The notes beneath the pieces were generated by a model. It was not told where the DNA came from. It was given only the letters and a program-made list of their open reading frames with translations, and did not search any database. From an uncultured Chloroherpeton sp. (lineage in GTDB: Bacteria > Bacteroidota > Ignavibacteria > Kapaibacteriales > UBA2268), in the NCBI GenBank assembly GCA_964500435.1, contig CAZCNL010000001.1, positions 326,542 to 390,541 on the forward strand: a stretch of 64,000 nucleotides of DNA, written 5' to 3'. This document shows positions 1 to 10,790 of this stretch, piece after piece (position 1 is the first letter of the stretch; every line of letters begins with the position of its first letter). The position numbers and the translations under genes are program-made.

Positions 1-339
1 TAATCCCGGACCTCCACGAACAACGTTAACCACTAAACATGGAAGTTCTGCACCAGCAATATAAGAGATTCCTTCTTGCATCAAGCTGATTCCTGGACTT
101 GACGATGTAGTAGCAACTCGTCGACCTGTTGCTGCTGCTCCGTATATCATATTTATAGAAGCTACTTCACTTTCTGCTTGTAAAACAATCATCCCCGTAC
201 GCTGTGTAGCTTCTCGTGATAAATATTCAATAACTTCTGATTGTGGTGTAATAGGATATCCAAAATAACCATCACAACCTGAGCGTATTAATGCTTCTGC
301 AAGTGCTTCGTTACCTTTCATTAATTTTAATTCGCCCAT
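1..339 (-). CDS. 2-oxoacid:ferredoxin oxidoreductase alpha subunit (KorA/PorA-like), N-terminal part; CDS runs off the window start
   Basis: Reverse-complement translation from ATG at 339 gives [36 protein letters not shown]..., a typical OFOR alpha N-terminus. AGAGGAAAAG lies upstream as an RBS. Confidence 0.7.
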   Translation of the reverse strand, partial: MGELKLMKGNEALAEALIRSGCDGYFGYPITPQSEVIEYLSREATQRTGMIVLQAESEVASINMIYGAAATGRRVATTSSSPGISLMQEGISYIAGAELPCLVVNVVRGGPGL

Positions 340-348
340 CTTTTCCTC

Positions 349-573
349 TTATTTAACAATTTTTCTATAAACTGAAATTATTCCTTCCGGACAAATTAAT
401 GAACAGTTTAAACATCCTGTGCAATTGTCCTGAACTTTAATGGCATAGTGATAGCCTTTTAAATTGATTTTGGGTGATAAAGCTAAAGTGCTTTGAGGGC
501 ATGAATCTATGCATAGCTCGCATCCTTTGCACTTTTCAATGTCTATTACTATATCACCAAATGCTTTTGCCAT
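349..573 (-). CDS. OFOR delta subunit, 2x[4Fe-4S] ferredoxin
   Basis: The 74-aa product has two CxxCxxCxxxCP clusters (CKGCELCIDSCP, CTGCLNCSLICP). It sits immediately upstream of the alpha subunit, the porD-porA order of four-subunit OFORs. Confidence 0.7.
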   Translation of the reverse strand: MAKAFGDIVIDIEKCKGCELCIDSCPQSTLALSPKINLKGYHYAIKVQDNCTGCLNCSLICPEGIISVYRKIVK

Positions 574-778
574 AAATACCTCGAAATTAATGTATTCGAA
601 AATTCTAAAGTTGTAATTTTAATATTTGCAAATTACTAAATATTAAGTGATTGTAATGTGAATTAAAATTAATTTTTGTTAATTTTTATGTGTTTAAGTA
701 TATTTATAATATATAAATAACAGAGTTATTTATATTTAGGTTTGACTAATTTATTATTAGATTGATTTGTTTATTGAT

Positions 779-1915
779 CTATAACCAATTTGTTTTCCCT
801 TCATAGTTTAATTTTTCAACAATCCGTTTAACCTCTTGAACTCTATCTTTTGGGCATAACATTACAGCGTCGTCAGTAACTACTGCAACTATTTTTTTTA
901 AACCAAGTGCAGTTAAAATCATATCTTTATTTTTTGATGTATCATTGATAATTATTGACTCGTTTACATCTATAAGCGTTGTATTTCCTTTGATATAATT
1001 TTGAGCATCATCAACAGGATAAATTCGTGGTAATGCATCATAAGAACCTAAGTCTTCCCAAGAAAATGTTGCTTTAGCGACAACAATTTTCTTAGCTTTT
1101 TCAAGCAATGCATAATCAATTGAAATATCTGGAAAATTAGAATAAATATTCAAAATTTCTTTATTTCTTGTTAAATCTGAATCGTAAGGGTTGTTTTTCA
1201 AAATATTGGTCATTAACTCTATTTTCTCGCCAATTATCGGATAATAATTTAAAAATTTAGTATTGAATACATCTAATTTCCAGAAGAACATACCTGAATT
1301 CCATAAGAACTTCCGACTGGCAAAGTATTTTGCTGCTGTATCGCTATTTGGCTTCTCGTGGAAAGATTTAAGTGGCTTTATTTGAATATTTTGGGTGGAG
1401 TAATCAAATTCATCTTCAACTTCAATATATCCATAACCAGTTTCTGGACGAACTGGACGTATGCCTATCGTGGCGAGCACATTATTATATTGCACAAAAC
1501 GCAGAATTGGTTCCACAGTTTTTGTAAATGCTTCAGTTGGGAAAATACGTTGGTCAGCAGTTAAAACAGAGACTAAAATATCTGACGGTTGCAAACCTTT
1601 TTGTTCAAATCTTGCACTAATTATTGAAGAAGAAAGTGCCAAGCATGGACCAGTATTTCTTTTTAATGGTTCAGCAATGACATTTTCTTCAGGCAAATTT
1701 GGAAGCAAGTTGCGAATTGGTTCTTGCAAATATTGATTAGTAATTATAAATACATTTTCAACAGGCATCAAAGTTTTTGCACGTTGAATTGCAGCTTCTA
1801 ATAGAGTTGTTCCATCTTCTTCAAATTTTATTAATTGCTTCGGTTTACTAATTCTACTAAGAGGCCAAAATCGATTTCCAGAGCCACCGGCCATTATAAT
1901 TGCTACTTTTTCCAT
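779..1915 (-). CDS. manC: mannose-1-phosphate guanylyltransferase (GDP-mannose pyrophosphorylase)
   Basis: N-terminal IIMAGGSGNRFWPLSR nucleotidyltransferase motif; length 378 aa. Confidence 0.8.
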   Translation of the reverse strand: MEKVAIIMAGGSGNRFWPLSRISKPKQLIKFEEDGTTLLEAAIQRAKTLMPVENVFIITNQYLQEPIRNLLPNLPEENVIAEPLKRNTGPCLALSSSIISARFEQKGLQPSDILVSVLTADQRIFPTEAFTKTVEPILRFVQYNNVLATIGIRPVRPETGYGYIEVEDEFDYSTQNIQIKPLKSFHEKPNSDTAAKYFASRKFLWNSGMFFWKLDVFNTKFLNYYPIIGEKIELMTNILKNNPYDSDLTRNKEILNIYSNFPDISIDYALLEKAKKIVVAKATFSWEDLGSYDALPRIYPVDDAQNYIKGNTTLIDVNESIIINDTSKNKDMILTALGLKKIVAVVTDDAVMLCPKDRVQEVKRIVEKLNYEGKTNWL

Positions 1916-1926
1916 TTTTTTACCTT

Positions 1927-3000
1927 TTAATTTGAATGATGAGACATTATTTCTTTTAACTTTGAAATTAATGGAATTGGTGTTGGGTCTTGATTATTCA
2001 AAAGTGCTAAGTAGTAACTAACCCAGTCTGCTAAATAAATTATGTCAAAAAGTCGGGTAACAGGATTTTCTTCTATGCTTTCAATAACCTCTACGGTTGG
2101 ACAAATTGAAGAAAGGAGGTTTTTTGTTGCGTTAATTCTCTCTAAAATTTTAGGATTATCATTTTTATCTTTCAAAAAGATGATTGCAGAATTTTCAATT
2201 ATACTTTTGGGAAATGACCAGGAGTTTATTTCATTATGATTCATTTCGGGTAAAAAATTGCCAAAGGCTAAATTTTTAGCATTTTCTTGTATTTGTCCTC
2301 GCCATCTGAGATTTACAACATCAAGCAAATCATTGCTTGAATATACAACGATTTGTTTGTTGAAAAGCTTGTTTGCTAATTTTAATGCAATGTTATTTTC
2401 ATTTATTTCTTTGTAAAGATTCGCTTTATTTTCTAAGAAATCCGCAAGTAATTGTTCTTCGATAACTTTTTTTGAGATTGTACAAACTTTACAAAAATTA
2501 GAAACAATAAAATTTAAAATATTAAAAAACATATAGCCTAACGCAGCTCTTGGTTGATAGCCCGAAGGTATTTCAATTACGGGATAATTCTTTGATTTAC
2601 AAATTTCAAGTAAATTACCACCTGATGTTATTCCGAGAATGTGATTTGTGTTATTTTCCGAATGAGAAAGTGCAGATAAAGTTTCTTCTGTGTTTCCTGA
2701 GTATGAAACTGCAATAATCATTGTATTTGAATCAACCCATTTCGGTGGTTTATAGTTACGACTTACAAAAATTGGCACTTCAATTTCAGGATGATTGGCT
2801 TCAATGTAACTTCTCACTAAATCCCCACTAATAGCAGAACCACCCATTCCTAATATTAGAATTTTGTTTATTTTATGTGCATTAATTATAGATGGAATTT
2901 TCGAAATATTTGCATTAGAAGCTCTTACTTGATGATGGAAATCAATCAATATTTGCCTCATTCCTGATTTGTCTAATTCATGATTTAAGATTTCATTCAT
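1927..3000 (-). CDS. bifunctional phosphoglucose/phosphomannose isomerase (SIS-domain, archaeal-type PGI/PMI)
   Basis: SIS motif LGMGGSAISGDL plus ITSGGNL; about 350 aa; adjacent to manC. Confidence 0.65.
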   Translation of the reverse strand: MNEILNHELDKSGMRQILIDFHHQVRASNANISKIPSIINAHKINKILILGMGGSAISGDLVRSYIEANHPEIEVPIFVSRNYKPPKWVDSNTMIIAVSYSGNTEETLSALSHSENNTNHILGITSGGNLLEICKSKNYPVIEIPSGYQPRAALGYMFFNILNFIVSNFCKVCTISKKVIEEQLLADFLENKANLYKEINENNIALKLANKLFNKQIVVYSSNDLLDVVNLRWRGQIQENAKNLAFGNFLPEMNHNEINSWSFPKSIIENSAIIFLKDKNDNPKILERINATKNLLSSICPTVEVIESIEENPVTRLFDIIYLADWVSYYLALLNNQDPTPIPLISKLKEIMSHHSN

Positions 3001-3159
3001 TTCTTACACTTTTGATATTTTTAAATAATCGAAAATTACGAAAAAAAAATTCAAAAAGGAAATTGTCGCATTAAATATGCCCCTTTTCCTGCAATCATCA
3101 ACTTATTGATATTCACGAATTAGACTATTATTAAGAGTAAATTTTACTTAAATCTTATT

Positions 3160-5988
3160 TTATTTTTGGATTAGCAAAGGGACAGTAGAAATATTATTTC
3201 CAATGTTAAATTTAATGTAATAAAAACCTTGTGCAATATTCGTTAAGTCAAAGTGTCGAAGATATTTACCTTTATCGAGAGTATCCGATAATAAATCCAT
3301 CACTTTACGTCCAAGCATATCATATAATTGCAAACTTATTCTTGACTTAGCTTGAAGTTGTAAAACAACGTTAAGTTGTTGGTTATTGTTTAGTGGATTA
3401 GGAAAAATTTCGACTATTTTGCTTTCTTCAATTTCCAAATTGTAATTACCCTTTATTAAATTCGAATTATCAGCATATTGTTGAATTTCGCCAATAGAGT
3501 TTTGTAATTCCTCTATAGTTGAATTTGCAAACAATGCAAAACAAATTCTAACAGTATCCTTCAAGCCAAGATAAATTGGACCTGCTGATATTACATTGGA
3601 TATGTCTGTAATTGATGATGAATCCCTTCCAATACCTGATTTCAAAAAACGCAATTTTTCAGCTTTAGTAAAACCATCCCACACTCCTGGATTATCTTCA
3701 CTATGACCATCATTATCAATTGCCCAAAAATTTACTGGAAAATCAGAAATCATTTTAATTCCAATTTTTGGTAAAGAATCAACTGATATGTTTTTCACAA
3801 CAGCAAATTGTAAATTTTTATCCCAATAGGTCAAATTGTCTACTCCTGAAATCCCGATATCCCAATCAAAATAAAGTCCAATAAATACGCTATCTTGAAT
3901 TTTATTTTTGTTATTAATAATATCATATATTGAATATATTACATTATCTGGTTTTTTTGGCTGAATTATTGTCTGTTTCACTGAAATATGTGGTGTAGCA
4001 TCTTGTATGAGGATATTATCTGTGAAAAAAGCTTGCCCAGCCAATAAAAGAGGGTTTGCTAATGGCAAATAATTTAGATACTCCACGGGAACAAATGACC
4101 TATCTTGGTTCATTTGTCCTTCATTTCGTGCAACGTCTGCCAATAAAGTATCTGAGGAAATCATTAATGAACCTTCGTATAACACATTGGCACTATTTTT
4201 ATAGATAAAGCCAACTCCTTGCTCGTTAAATGGATAATCGTTAAATCCGATATTTCCTTTGCTATTAAAAGTTGTAGTAATGAAATTATTATTGAAATTC
4301 AAATATGAAGGATTTACGAATAATTTTGATATGCTCCTTGTTATTAATGTATCACCATCATAAAATGTGAATTCAAATTCAATTTTTTCATCAAAAGTAT
4401 TAAAATTTGGCAATTTAAATGCAAAAACATTTTTCAATTTTACTTCAACATTTGTTAAAAACAGTCCATATTCAATTACTTTGGGATTAAAAGTAATATC
4501 TGAGTTTCCTAATGCTCGAACGTAAATTCTCAAGTTATTAATATCATTTAAGTTATTTGCAAAATTTAAATTTATTGAGCAATTTTCATTATTTTCGAAA
4601 ATTAAATTATTGTTCCCATCATTAAAATCAATCGATTTTACTAAAATATGTTTTGGGAATAAAGATGTTACTGCTTTCAAAGCGTTTACTCGACCAGTAC
4701 CTAATTTTCCGACAAAATCTGGATTTAAAGAATCAATATTATCTGTTGTTGCAATTAAATGCTCAGCAACTTGTAAAGCAGAATATTCTGGATGTACCAT
4801 ACGAATCATAGCGGCAACACCAGTTGCAATTGGTGAAGCCATTGAAGTTCCCATCATTTTTTGATATTCATTTGTTGGTACTGTTGAAATTATATCAATT
4901 CCAGGTGCTGTAACATCAACTGAATAATTGTAATTTGAAAAAAATGCTCGTGTGTCATTGCTGTCCGTAGCTGCAACTGAAACAACTCCGTCATAAGCTG
5001 CGGGGTAAAATGGAGTATCTGCATTATTATTACCTGCGGCTGCAACGACAGTTGCTCCCAAATTTATTACTAAATTGATTACTTCTTGTTCAGTTGTTGA
5101 TTTTGAAGTTCCGCCCCAGGAACAATTTATTACTTTAGCCCCCATTTTTGAAGCATATAACAATCCTTCATAAGTGTTTGCAAGTGATGTATTATAGGAA
5201 TAATCTCCACCCACTTTTACAGGAAGAATTTTTATCGAATCACACATTCCAGCAATTCCGATTGTATTATTTATTGTTGCAGCAATAGTTCCAGAAACGT
5301 GTGTCCCGTGAGGATGAGCAGGAAAAGGATCATTATCTTGACCTGTTGAGTCGCTTGATAGAAAATCCCAACCATGCCAATCATCAACAAATCCATTTCC
5401 ATCATCATCTATTCCATTTGTACGCTTGTCATTACCATTTTCATCTATTCCGTCTTCGCCGGGGTTAATCCATATGCTGTTTGATAAATCAATATGTGTG
5501 TAATCTACACCTGTATCAACGACTCCGACCAAAACAAAAGATTTAATTTTTATAGAATCCCAGGCATCTGTTATTTTCACTAAGTTCATATAATATTGTT
5601 CATTAAACAACGAATCATTTGGAATATTGCAAATATTTCTTTCAGGATATGGTTCAACATATTCAAAATAATTAGTTTCTTCTAATGCTTTTATTAATTT
5701 ATTTTTGTTTATTTTAGATTCATAAGTTAATAATTTAACTCGACTTAATGAATTTGATATTGATTGAATTTTAGGATAATTTTTTTTGCTTTTTTGTTCA
5801 TCAAAATTCAATAATTTTGGATTCATTAATTGTTTGAGTGAATAATTTGAAAAAAAATTACTTAATTCAATTTTCAAATTATCTGTTTTAACTTTTACAA
5901 TTAAACTATCTGTTTTAGCCAATGAAATTGATATTTGAATAAATATTAATAAAAAAACAAAGGAAATGATTTGTATAAAGTTTTTCAT
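3160..5988 (-). CDS. secreted subtilisin-like serine protease (S8) with T9SS C-terminal sorting domain
   Basis: Signal peptide; catalytic D/H/S blocks VGVVDTGVDYTH, HGTHVSGTIAA, GTSMASPIATGVAAM. C-terminal segment FPNPLNNNQQLNVVLQ...LYDMLGRKV...GFYYIKF resembles a T9SS CTD. Confidence 0.85.
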   Translation of the reverse strand: MKNFIQIISFVFLLIFIQISISLAKTDSLIVKVKTDNLKIELSNFFSNYSLKQLMNPKLLNFDEQKSKKNYPKIQSISNSLSRVKLLTYESKINKNKLIKALEETNYFEYVEPYPERNICNIPNDSLFNEQYYMNLVKITDAWDSIKIKSFVLVGVVDTGVDYTHIDLSNSIWINPGEDGIDENGNDKRTNGIDDDGNGFVDDWHGWDFLSSDSTGQDNDPFPAHPHGTHVSGTIAATINNTIGIAGMCDSIKILPVKVGGDYSYNTSLANTYEGLLYASKMGAKVINCSWGGTSKSTTEQEVINLVINLGATVVAAAGNNNADTPFYPAAYDGVVSVAATDSNDTRAFFSNYNYSVDVTAPGIDIISTVPTNEYQKMMGTSMASPIATGVAAMIRMVHPEYSALQVAEHLIATTDNIDSLNPDFVGKLGTGRVNALKAVTSLFPKHILVKSIDFNDGNNNLIFENNENCSINLNFANNLNDINNLRIYVRALGNSDITFNPKVIEYGLFLTNVEVKLKNVFAFKLPNFNTFDEKIEFEFTFYDGDTLITRSISKLFVNPSYLNFNNNFITTTFNSKGNIGFNDYPFNEQGVGFIYKNSANVLYEGSLMISSDTLLADVARNEGQMNQDRSFVPVEYLNYLPLANPLLLAGQAFFTDNILIQDATPHISVKQTIIQPKKPDNVIYSIYDIINNKNKIQDSVFIGLYFDWDIGISGVDNLTYWDKNLQFAVVKNISVDSLPKIGIKMISDFPVNFWAIDNDGHSEDNPGVWDGFTKAEKLRFLKSGIGRDSSSITDISNVISAGPIYLGLKDTVRICFALFANSTIEELQNSIGEIQQYADNSNLIKGNYNLEIEESKIVEIFPNPLNNNQQLNVVLQLQAKSRISLQLYDMLGRKVMDLLSDTLDKGKYLRHFDLTNIAQGFYYIKFNIGNNISTVPLLIQK

Positions 5989-6066
5989 TTTATTTTAATT
6001 TTAATTAATTTTAAATAACGAATAAGAATTTGTTATAATTTTGTTTTTATAAATAAAGGATTTTTT

Positions 6067-7788
6067 ATGAAAATAATTACAATCACTCTCATTGTTTTTT
6101 CGTTGATGTTTTTTATCTCTTGTAATTCTAGTAAGAAGACAGGAGAAGCAAACCCAGAGGAAATAAAGAAAATGGAAAAAGAATTAAGAACATTAATCGA
6201 CAATTTTGTCCGAGATTATCAACCAGTCGAAGAAATGGCAAATTTAGCATATTGGAAAGCTGCTAATAATTCGAATGATTCAAATTGGGCTGAATTTGCA
6301 AAATATGATATGCTAATGAATTCCAAATTATCGAACAGAACAATTTTCGCTGAATTGAAAAAAATCAAAGAATCTGGTTTTATCAATAACCCAGTTTTAA
6401 AGCAAGAAATGAACATCTTGTACAACTCGATGCTCGGAAAGCAAGCAGATACAACACTTTTGAATGAAATTTCGAAAATGACTTCACAAATTGAACAAAA
6501 ATTTTCGAATTTTCGAGCGGAATATAAAGGAAAACAATTATCAGATAATGATGTCGAAGAGTTTTTAAAAACCTCAACTAACTCCGCAGATTTGGAAAAT
6601 GTTTGGACTGCTCAAAAAAAAATTGGAACAGTAGTCGCCGAAGATATTATCAAATTAGTTAAATTAAGAAATAAACTTGCCAAAGGTCTTGGATTCAATA
6701 ATTATCACGAAATGTCTTTAACACTAAGTGATCAAAATCCACAAGATGTTTCAGCACTTTTCGATGAATTAGATAAACTTACATCTAATTCATTTATTGA
6801 GGTAAAAAAAGAAATTGATTCTGTTCTTTCTTCACGGTTAAAAATTAAACCTGATGAAATGATGCCTTGGCATTATCAAAACAGATTTTTCCAAGAAGCA
6901 CCAAAAATTTATTCAGTTGATTTAGATAAGTATTACAAAAAACAAAATATCGTTAAATTAGCAGAAGAATTTTATTCCGGAATAGGCCTTCCAATTGATG
7001 ATATTGTTGCTAAAAGTGATTTGTTCGAAAGAAAAAATAAAAATCAGCACGCTTTTTGCATCGATATAAATAGAAATACAAAAGATGTCCGAGTCCTTTG
7101 CAACATTAAACCTAATGAAAGCTGGATGGGAACAATGCTTCACGAAAATGGCCATGCTTTATATGAAAAACATCTTGGAGACAATTTACCTTGGCTTTTG
7201 AAACAACCTGCACATATTTTCACTACTGAAGCAGTTGCAATGTTTTTCGGTCGATTATCTACCAATCCACTTTGGATGGAGGATATGAAAATTATTGATT
7301 CTAAAGCAAGAGAATCAATTCAAGAAACATCTGCTAAAATTTTAAGATTGCAACAATTAGTATTTAGTAGATGGGCACAAGTTATGTATAGATTTGAAAA
7401 ATCAATGTACGAAAACCCTGATCAAGACTTAAACAAATTATGGTGGGATTTAGTTGAAAAATATCAGATGATAAAAAGACCTACGGATCGTAATGCTCCT
7501 GATTGGGCTACGAAAATTCATATTGCAACAAGTCCTTGCTATTATCATAACTATCTATTAGGCGAACTTTTTGCATCGCAAATGTATTACTACATTGCAA
7601 ATAAAATTTACAATAAACCAGAAGACATTAACCAAAGTTTTGTTGGCAATAAAAAAGTTGGAGATTTCTTCATTAATAATGTATTTGCCGTCGGTGCAAA
7701 ATACTACTGGAATGATATGATTGAAAAAGCAACTGGCGAAAAATTAACTGCAAAATACTTTGCCAAACAATTCGTAAATTCTAATTAA
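6067..7788 (+). CDS. zinc metallopeptidase lipoprotein (HEXXH; M32 carboxypeptidase-Taq-like or M2-like)
   Basis: Lipoprotein signal ...FFISCNSS; LHENGHALYE zinc motif with a downstream TTEAVA Glu; 573 aa. Confidence 0.5.
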   Translation: MKIITITLIVFSLMFFISCNSSKKTGEANPEEIKKMEKELRTLIDNFVRDYQPVEEMANLAYWKAANNSNDSNWAEFAKYDMLMNSKLSNRTIFAELKKIKESGFINNPVLKQEMNILYNSMLGKQADTTLLNEISKMTSQIEQKFSNFRAEYKGKQLSDNDVEEFLKTSTNSADLENVWTAQKKIGTVVAEDIIKLVKLRNKLAKGLGFNNYHEMSLTLSDQNPQDVSALFDELDKLTSNSFIEVKKEIDSVLSSRLKIKPDEMMPWHYQNRFFQEAPKIYSVDLDKYYKKQNIVKLAEEFYSGIGLPIDDIVAKSDLFERKNKNQHAFCIDINRNTKDVRVLCNIKPNESWMGTMLHENGHALYEKHLGDNLPWLLKQPAHIFTTEAVAMFFGRLSTNPLWMEDMKIIDSKARESIQETSAKILRLQQLVFSRWAQVMYRFEKSMYENPDQDLNKLWWDLVEKYQMIKRPTDRNAPDWATKIHIATSPCYYHNYLLGELFASQMYYYIANKIYNKPEDINQSFVGNKKVGDFFINNVFAVGAKYYWNDMIEKATGEKLTAKYFAKQFVNSN

Positions 7789-7807
7789 TTTGAAAAAAAA
7801 CATAAAA

Positions 7808-7846
7808 AAAGAGGTTGTCTTTAATAGGCAACCTCTTTTTTATTCT
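7808..7846. terminator. bidirectional intrinsic terminator between convergent genes
   Basis: Hairpin aagaggttgtc...ggcaacctctt is flanked by an A-run upstream and a T-run downstream. Confidence 0.5.
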
Positions 7847-7857
7847 GTAAAATTTGT

Positions 7858-8610
7858 TTAAGCTTTATTGTCATTCTTTTTTAAAAATGCTTCGATTATG
7901 TCGACCGGAACAGGGAATACTATAGTCGAATTCTTTTCAGTAGCAATATCAGCAAGAGTTTGCAGATAACGTAATTGCAAAGCTATTGGATGTTCTTCGA
8001 TAGTATGAGCGGCATCTGTCAACTTTTGTGCTGCTTGGAATTCACCCTCGGCAGTGATAATTTTCGACCTTCTTTCTCTTTCAGCTTCTGCTTGACGTGC
8101 CATTGCTCTTTGCATTTCTGCTGGTAAATCAATTTGCTTTAATTCGACAGCTGTAACTTTTACACCCCATGGTTCTGTGCTATCATCAATAATTTTCTGC
8201 AATTCATGATTTATTTTTTCACGTGAGGACAAGATTTCATCTAAATCACTTTGTCCCAGGATACTTCTCAACGTCGTTTGTGAAATTTGATTAGTAGCGT
8301 ATAAATAGTTTTCGACTTCTACAACTGCTTTATCAGGATAAACTACTTTAAAGTATAATACAGCATTAACTTTTATTGAGATGTTATCTTTTGTAATTAC
8401 GTCCTGTGGTTCAATATCCATTGTTATAGTTCTCAAAGAAACTTTTACCATCCTATCAATAAATGGAATAAGTAAAAATAAACCTGGACCTTTGAAACCT
8501 ATAAGTCTTCCTAAACGAAAAACAACTGCCCTTTCGTACTCTGTAGCAATTTTTACCGTTGAAAAAAATAAAAATACTAAAACAACAATTAGTATAAGTG
8601 TACCTTCCAC
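7858..8610 (-). CDS. SPFH/band-7 (stomatin/prohibitin-like) membrane protein
   Basis: N-terminal TM helix; band-7 core and C-terminal coiled-coil [14 protein letters not shown]. Confidence 0.8.
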   Translation of the reverse strand: MEGTLILIVVLVFLFFSTVKIATEYERAVVFRLGRLIGFKGPGLFLLIPFIDRMVKVSLRTITMDIEPQDVITKDNISIKVNAVLYFKVVYPDKAVVEVENYLYATNQISQTTLRSILGQSDLDEILSSREKINHELQKIIDDSTEPWGVKVTAVELKQIDLPAEMQRAMARQAEAERERRSKIITAEGEFQAAQKLTDAAHTIEEHPIALQLRYLQTLADIATEKNSTIVFPVPVDIIEAFLKKNDNKA

Positions 8611-8670
8611 TTTTCCTCCAAAGTTTTAATAAAAAAAGCAATTTACTAAATTTTACTCTAATAAATTAAT

Positions 8671-9072
8671 TTATTTTGATTTTAATAAATCTCTTATTTC
8701 TGTCAACAATAATTCTTCTTTGGTTGGTTCGGGTAAAACGGGTTGTACTTCTTTTTCTTTCTTTTTTAAGGAATTAATAGCTTTTATGAAAAGGAATACA
8801 GCAAAGGCAATTATGAGAAAATCTATAGTAATTTGAATAAAATTACCATAATTTAAAGTAACTGCAGCTTTTTCATCAATTGCCTCTTTAAGAACAATTT
8901 TAAGGTCTTTAAAATCCATACCGCCAAGAAGCAGTCCCAGAGGTGGCATTAAAATATCCCCTACGAAACTGCTAACAATTTTACCAAAGGCGGAACCAAT
9001 TATGATTCCGATTGCCATATCAACGACATTTCCTTTGATAGCAAATGTTTTAAATTCGTTAATTAAACCCAT
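8671..9072 (-). CDS. mscL: large-conductance mechanosensitive channel
   Basis: Nearly collinear with E. coli MscL ([31 protein letters not shown]...[10 protein letters not shown]). Confidence 0.9.
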   Translation of the reverse strand: MGLINEFKTFAIKGNVVDMAIGIIIGSAFGKIVSSFVGDILMPPLGLLLGGMDFKDLKIVLKEAIDEKAAVTLNYGNFIQITIDFLIIAFAVFLFIKAINSLKKKEKEVQPVLPEPTKEELLLTEIRDLLKSK

Positions 9073-9089
9073 AAAACCCTCCTATTAAT

Positions 9090-10790
9090 TTAATTTAAAA
9101 TATAAAATTTGAATAAATAATTAATTTTTTCAAGTTTCACAAAATAAATGCCTTGTCTCAAATCTTCTAAATATAAATCATTATCAGGGATAAAATAAAG
9201 TGTCTTTACTATATTTCCGAGAATATCGCAAATTACTAAATTTGAAGGAACTGTAAGACCATTTATATTTAATTTATTATTATTAACAGTAAATTGAATT
9301 CGGTCATTATTGAAAAAATTTATCGAATTTGTATTTTTTATTGAAAAATCAGCTGTAATTGGACAATGGTCTGAAGCTTTCGGAGAATCATCATAATTTA
9401 AGCCGAATTTAGAAATAGCATTGTTTGTCATTTTGGGAGTGTATAAAACAAAACTTTTTTTCTTTTCAGCTACGTAATCACTATAAAAAATATAATCTAA
9501 CTTTCCGGGCCAATAATATCCATTTGATATCCAAGTAAAACTTAATGGTATTTCAGTAAGACGTGGGTTTGCCTCTTGAAAAGCCGTCCCATCCCAATCA
9601 TTATATTCACCCTGACCCTTATAAATCCCCGTTAAAATCGTATTTAATTGTTCACTATAACCAACAAAATTCATATCTCCAATAATAAAAATTGGAGAAT
9701 TTTTTTCAAAATTACTCCATTTTTTCCCAGCTTTTAATTCTTTGATAAAATTAATAATATTAAGGACTTCGGACATTCTGCTATCATTATTTTGCATTGC
9801 CGGTAAATGTGCTACAATTACAACTGCATTAGTATGATATTTTTCTTGCATATCAACTAAAAAAGCAGCATTCCCATTTATTTGCTTTGAATCTAAAATT
9901 TTAAACTTTGACACTAAAACAACATCACAATATGGCTGCTTTTTTACAAAATAATTTGTATTTGGAAAAGCTTTTGAAAAAAGAGAAGTAACAAATGGCT
10001 CTTCTGTTTTATACAATTCTTCTAAACCAATTATGTCTGGACTTATTGCCTTGAAAATCCGAATAAAATTACCTTCCAATGAAGAATTTGCAATGTTGTC
10101 ATTTAAGGAATTCCAACAAGATATTCGTAAATAATTATCACTTTCTTTTTCTAAATCGATGACTGGAAGTGGTGGTTGGTCACATTGTGTAATCATAAAA
10201 GTAATATCTTTATTTTTGTCTGGGAAATAATCACCATTATCTTCAGCTTTTATTAAAATTTTAAATTTATTAGTTTGAAATGGTGTCACTCCATTAAATT
10301 GCTTTTTCTTTGAAATTGCAAATTCAAATTTATTAGAAGTTACAGTAGGAAGCGCACAGAACTCTAAATCATAATGTTTAATATAATATTTAAAGTTGTT
10401 AACATACCAGTCACCTTGTCTTAATCCAAATCTCCACACAATATCAGCACCAATTGAATTGATTAACTCACCAGTTGAAGAAGATAAATCGTTGTCAATA
10501 TATAAAGTTATATTATTGTTTTCTTGTAAGTTTATTTCTTGATTAAACTGAATGAAAAAGAAGACATAATCATCGTCTTGGGTCATTTTAACTTGTAAAA
10601 TATCTAATGCCTGTGTATCTCCTTTTTCGTCATCGATAGATGGAACTTCGTTCCAATCATCAAAATAACCGTCAATTATAATGCGACTGCAATATGAGTA
10701 ATCTTCAGAATAAAGCGGCTTAGAAATAAGCAATAAAAAGATTAACAATAAGTTTATTTTATAAAAATTCATAGTACTTTTTATTTTCAA
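9090..10790 (-). CDS. secreted endonuclease/exonuclease/phosphatase (EEP) family protein with T9SS-like C-terminal domain
   Basis: Signal peptide (the real start is probably the internal MNFYKINLLL...); EEP C-terminal motif SDHCPITADF; beta-rich C-terminus ...LYLEDLRQGIYFVKL. Confidence 0.55.
   Translation of the reverse strand: MKIKSTMNFYKINLLLIFLLLISKPLYSEDYSYCSRIIIDGYFDDWNEVPSIDDEKGDTQALDILQVKMTQDDDYVFFFIQFNQEINLQENNNITLYIDNDLSSSTGELINSIGADIVWRFGLRQGDWYVNNFKYYIKHYDLEFCALPTVTSNKFEFAISKKKQFNGVTPFQTNKFKILIKAEDNGDYFPDKNKDITFMITQCDQPPLPVIDLEKESDNYLRISCWNSLNDNIANSSLEGNFIRIFKAISPDIIGLEELYKTEEPFVTSLFSKAFPNTNYFVKKQPYCDVVLVSKFKILDSKQINGNAAFLVDMQEKYHTNAVVIVAHLPAMQNNDSRMSEVLNIINFIKELKAGKKWSNFEKNSPIFIIGDMNFVGYSEQLNTILTGIYKGQGEYNDWDGTAFQEANPRLTEIPLSFTWISNGYYWPGKLDYIFYSDYVAEKKKSFVLYTPKMTNNAISKFGLNYDDSPKASDHCPITADFSIKNTNSINFFNNDRIQFTVNNNKLNINGLTVPSNLVICDILGNIVKTLYFIPDNDLYLEDLRQGIYFVKLEKINYLFKFYILN

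Noticed and set aside
1358-1736. ORFs 1358-1564 and 1461-1736 on the plus strand inside manC
   Set aside because: Antisense to a well-supported CDS, with no motifs and AT-rich codon noise.
4610-4864. 84-aa plus-strand ORF inside the S8 protease gene
   Set aside because: Antisense overlap of the catalytic-domain region; spurious.
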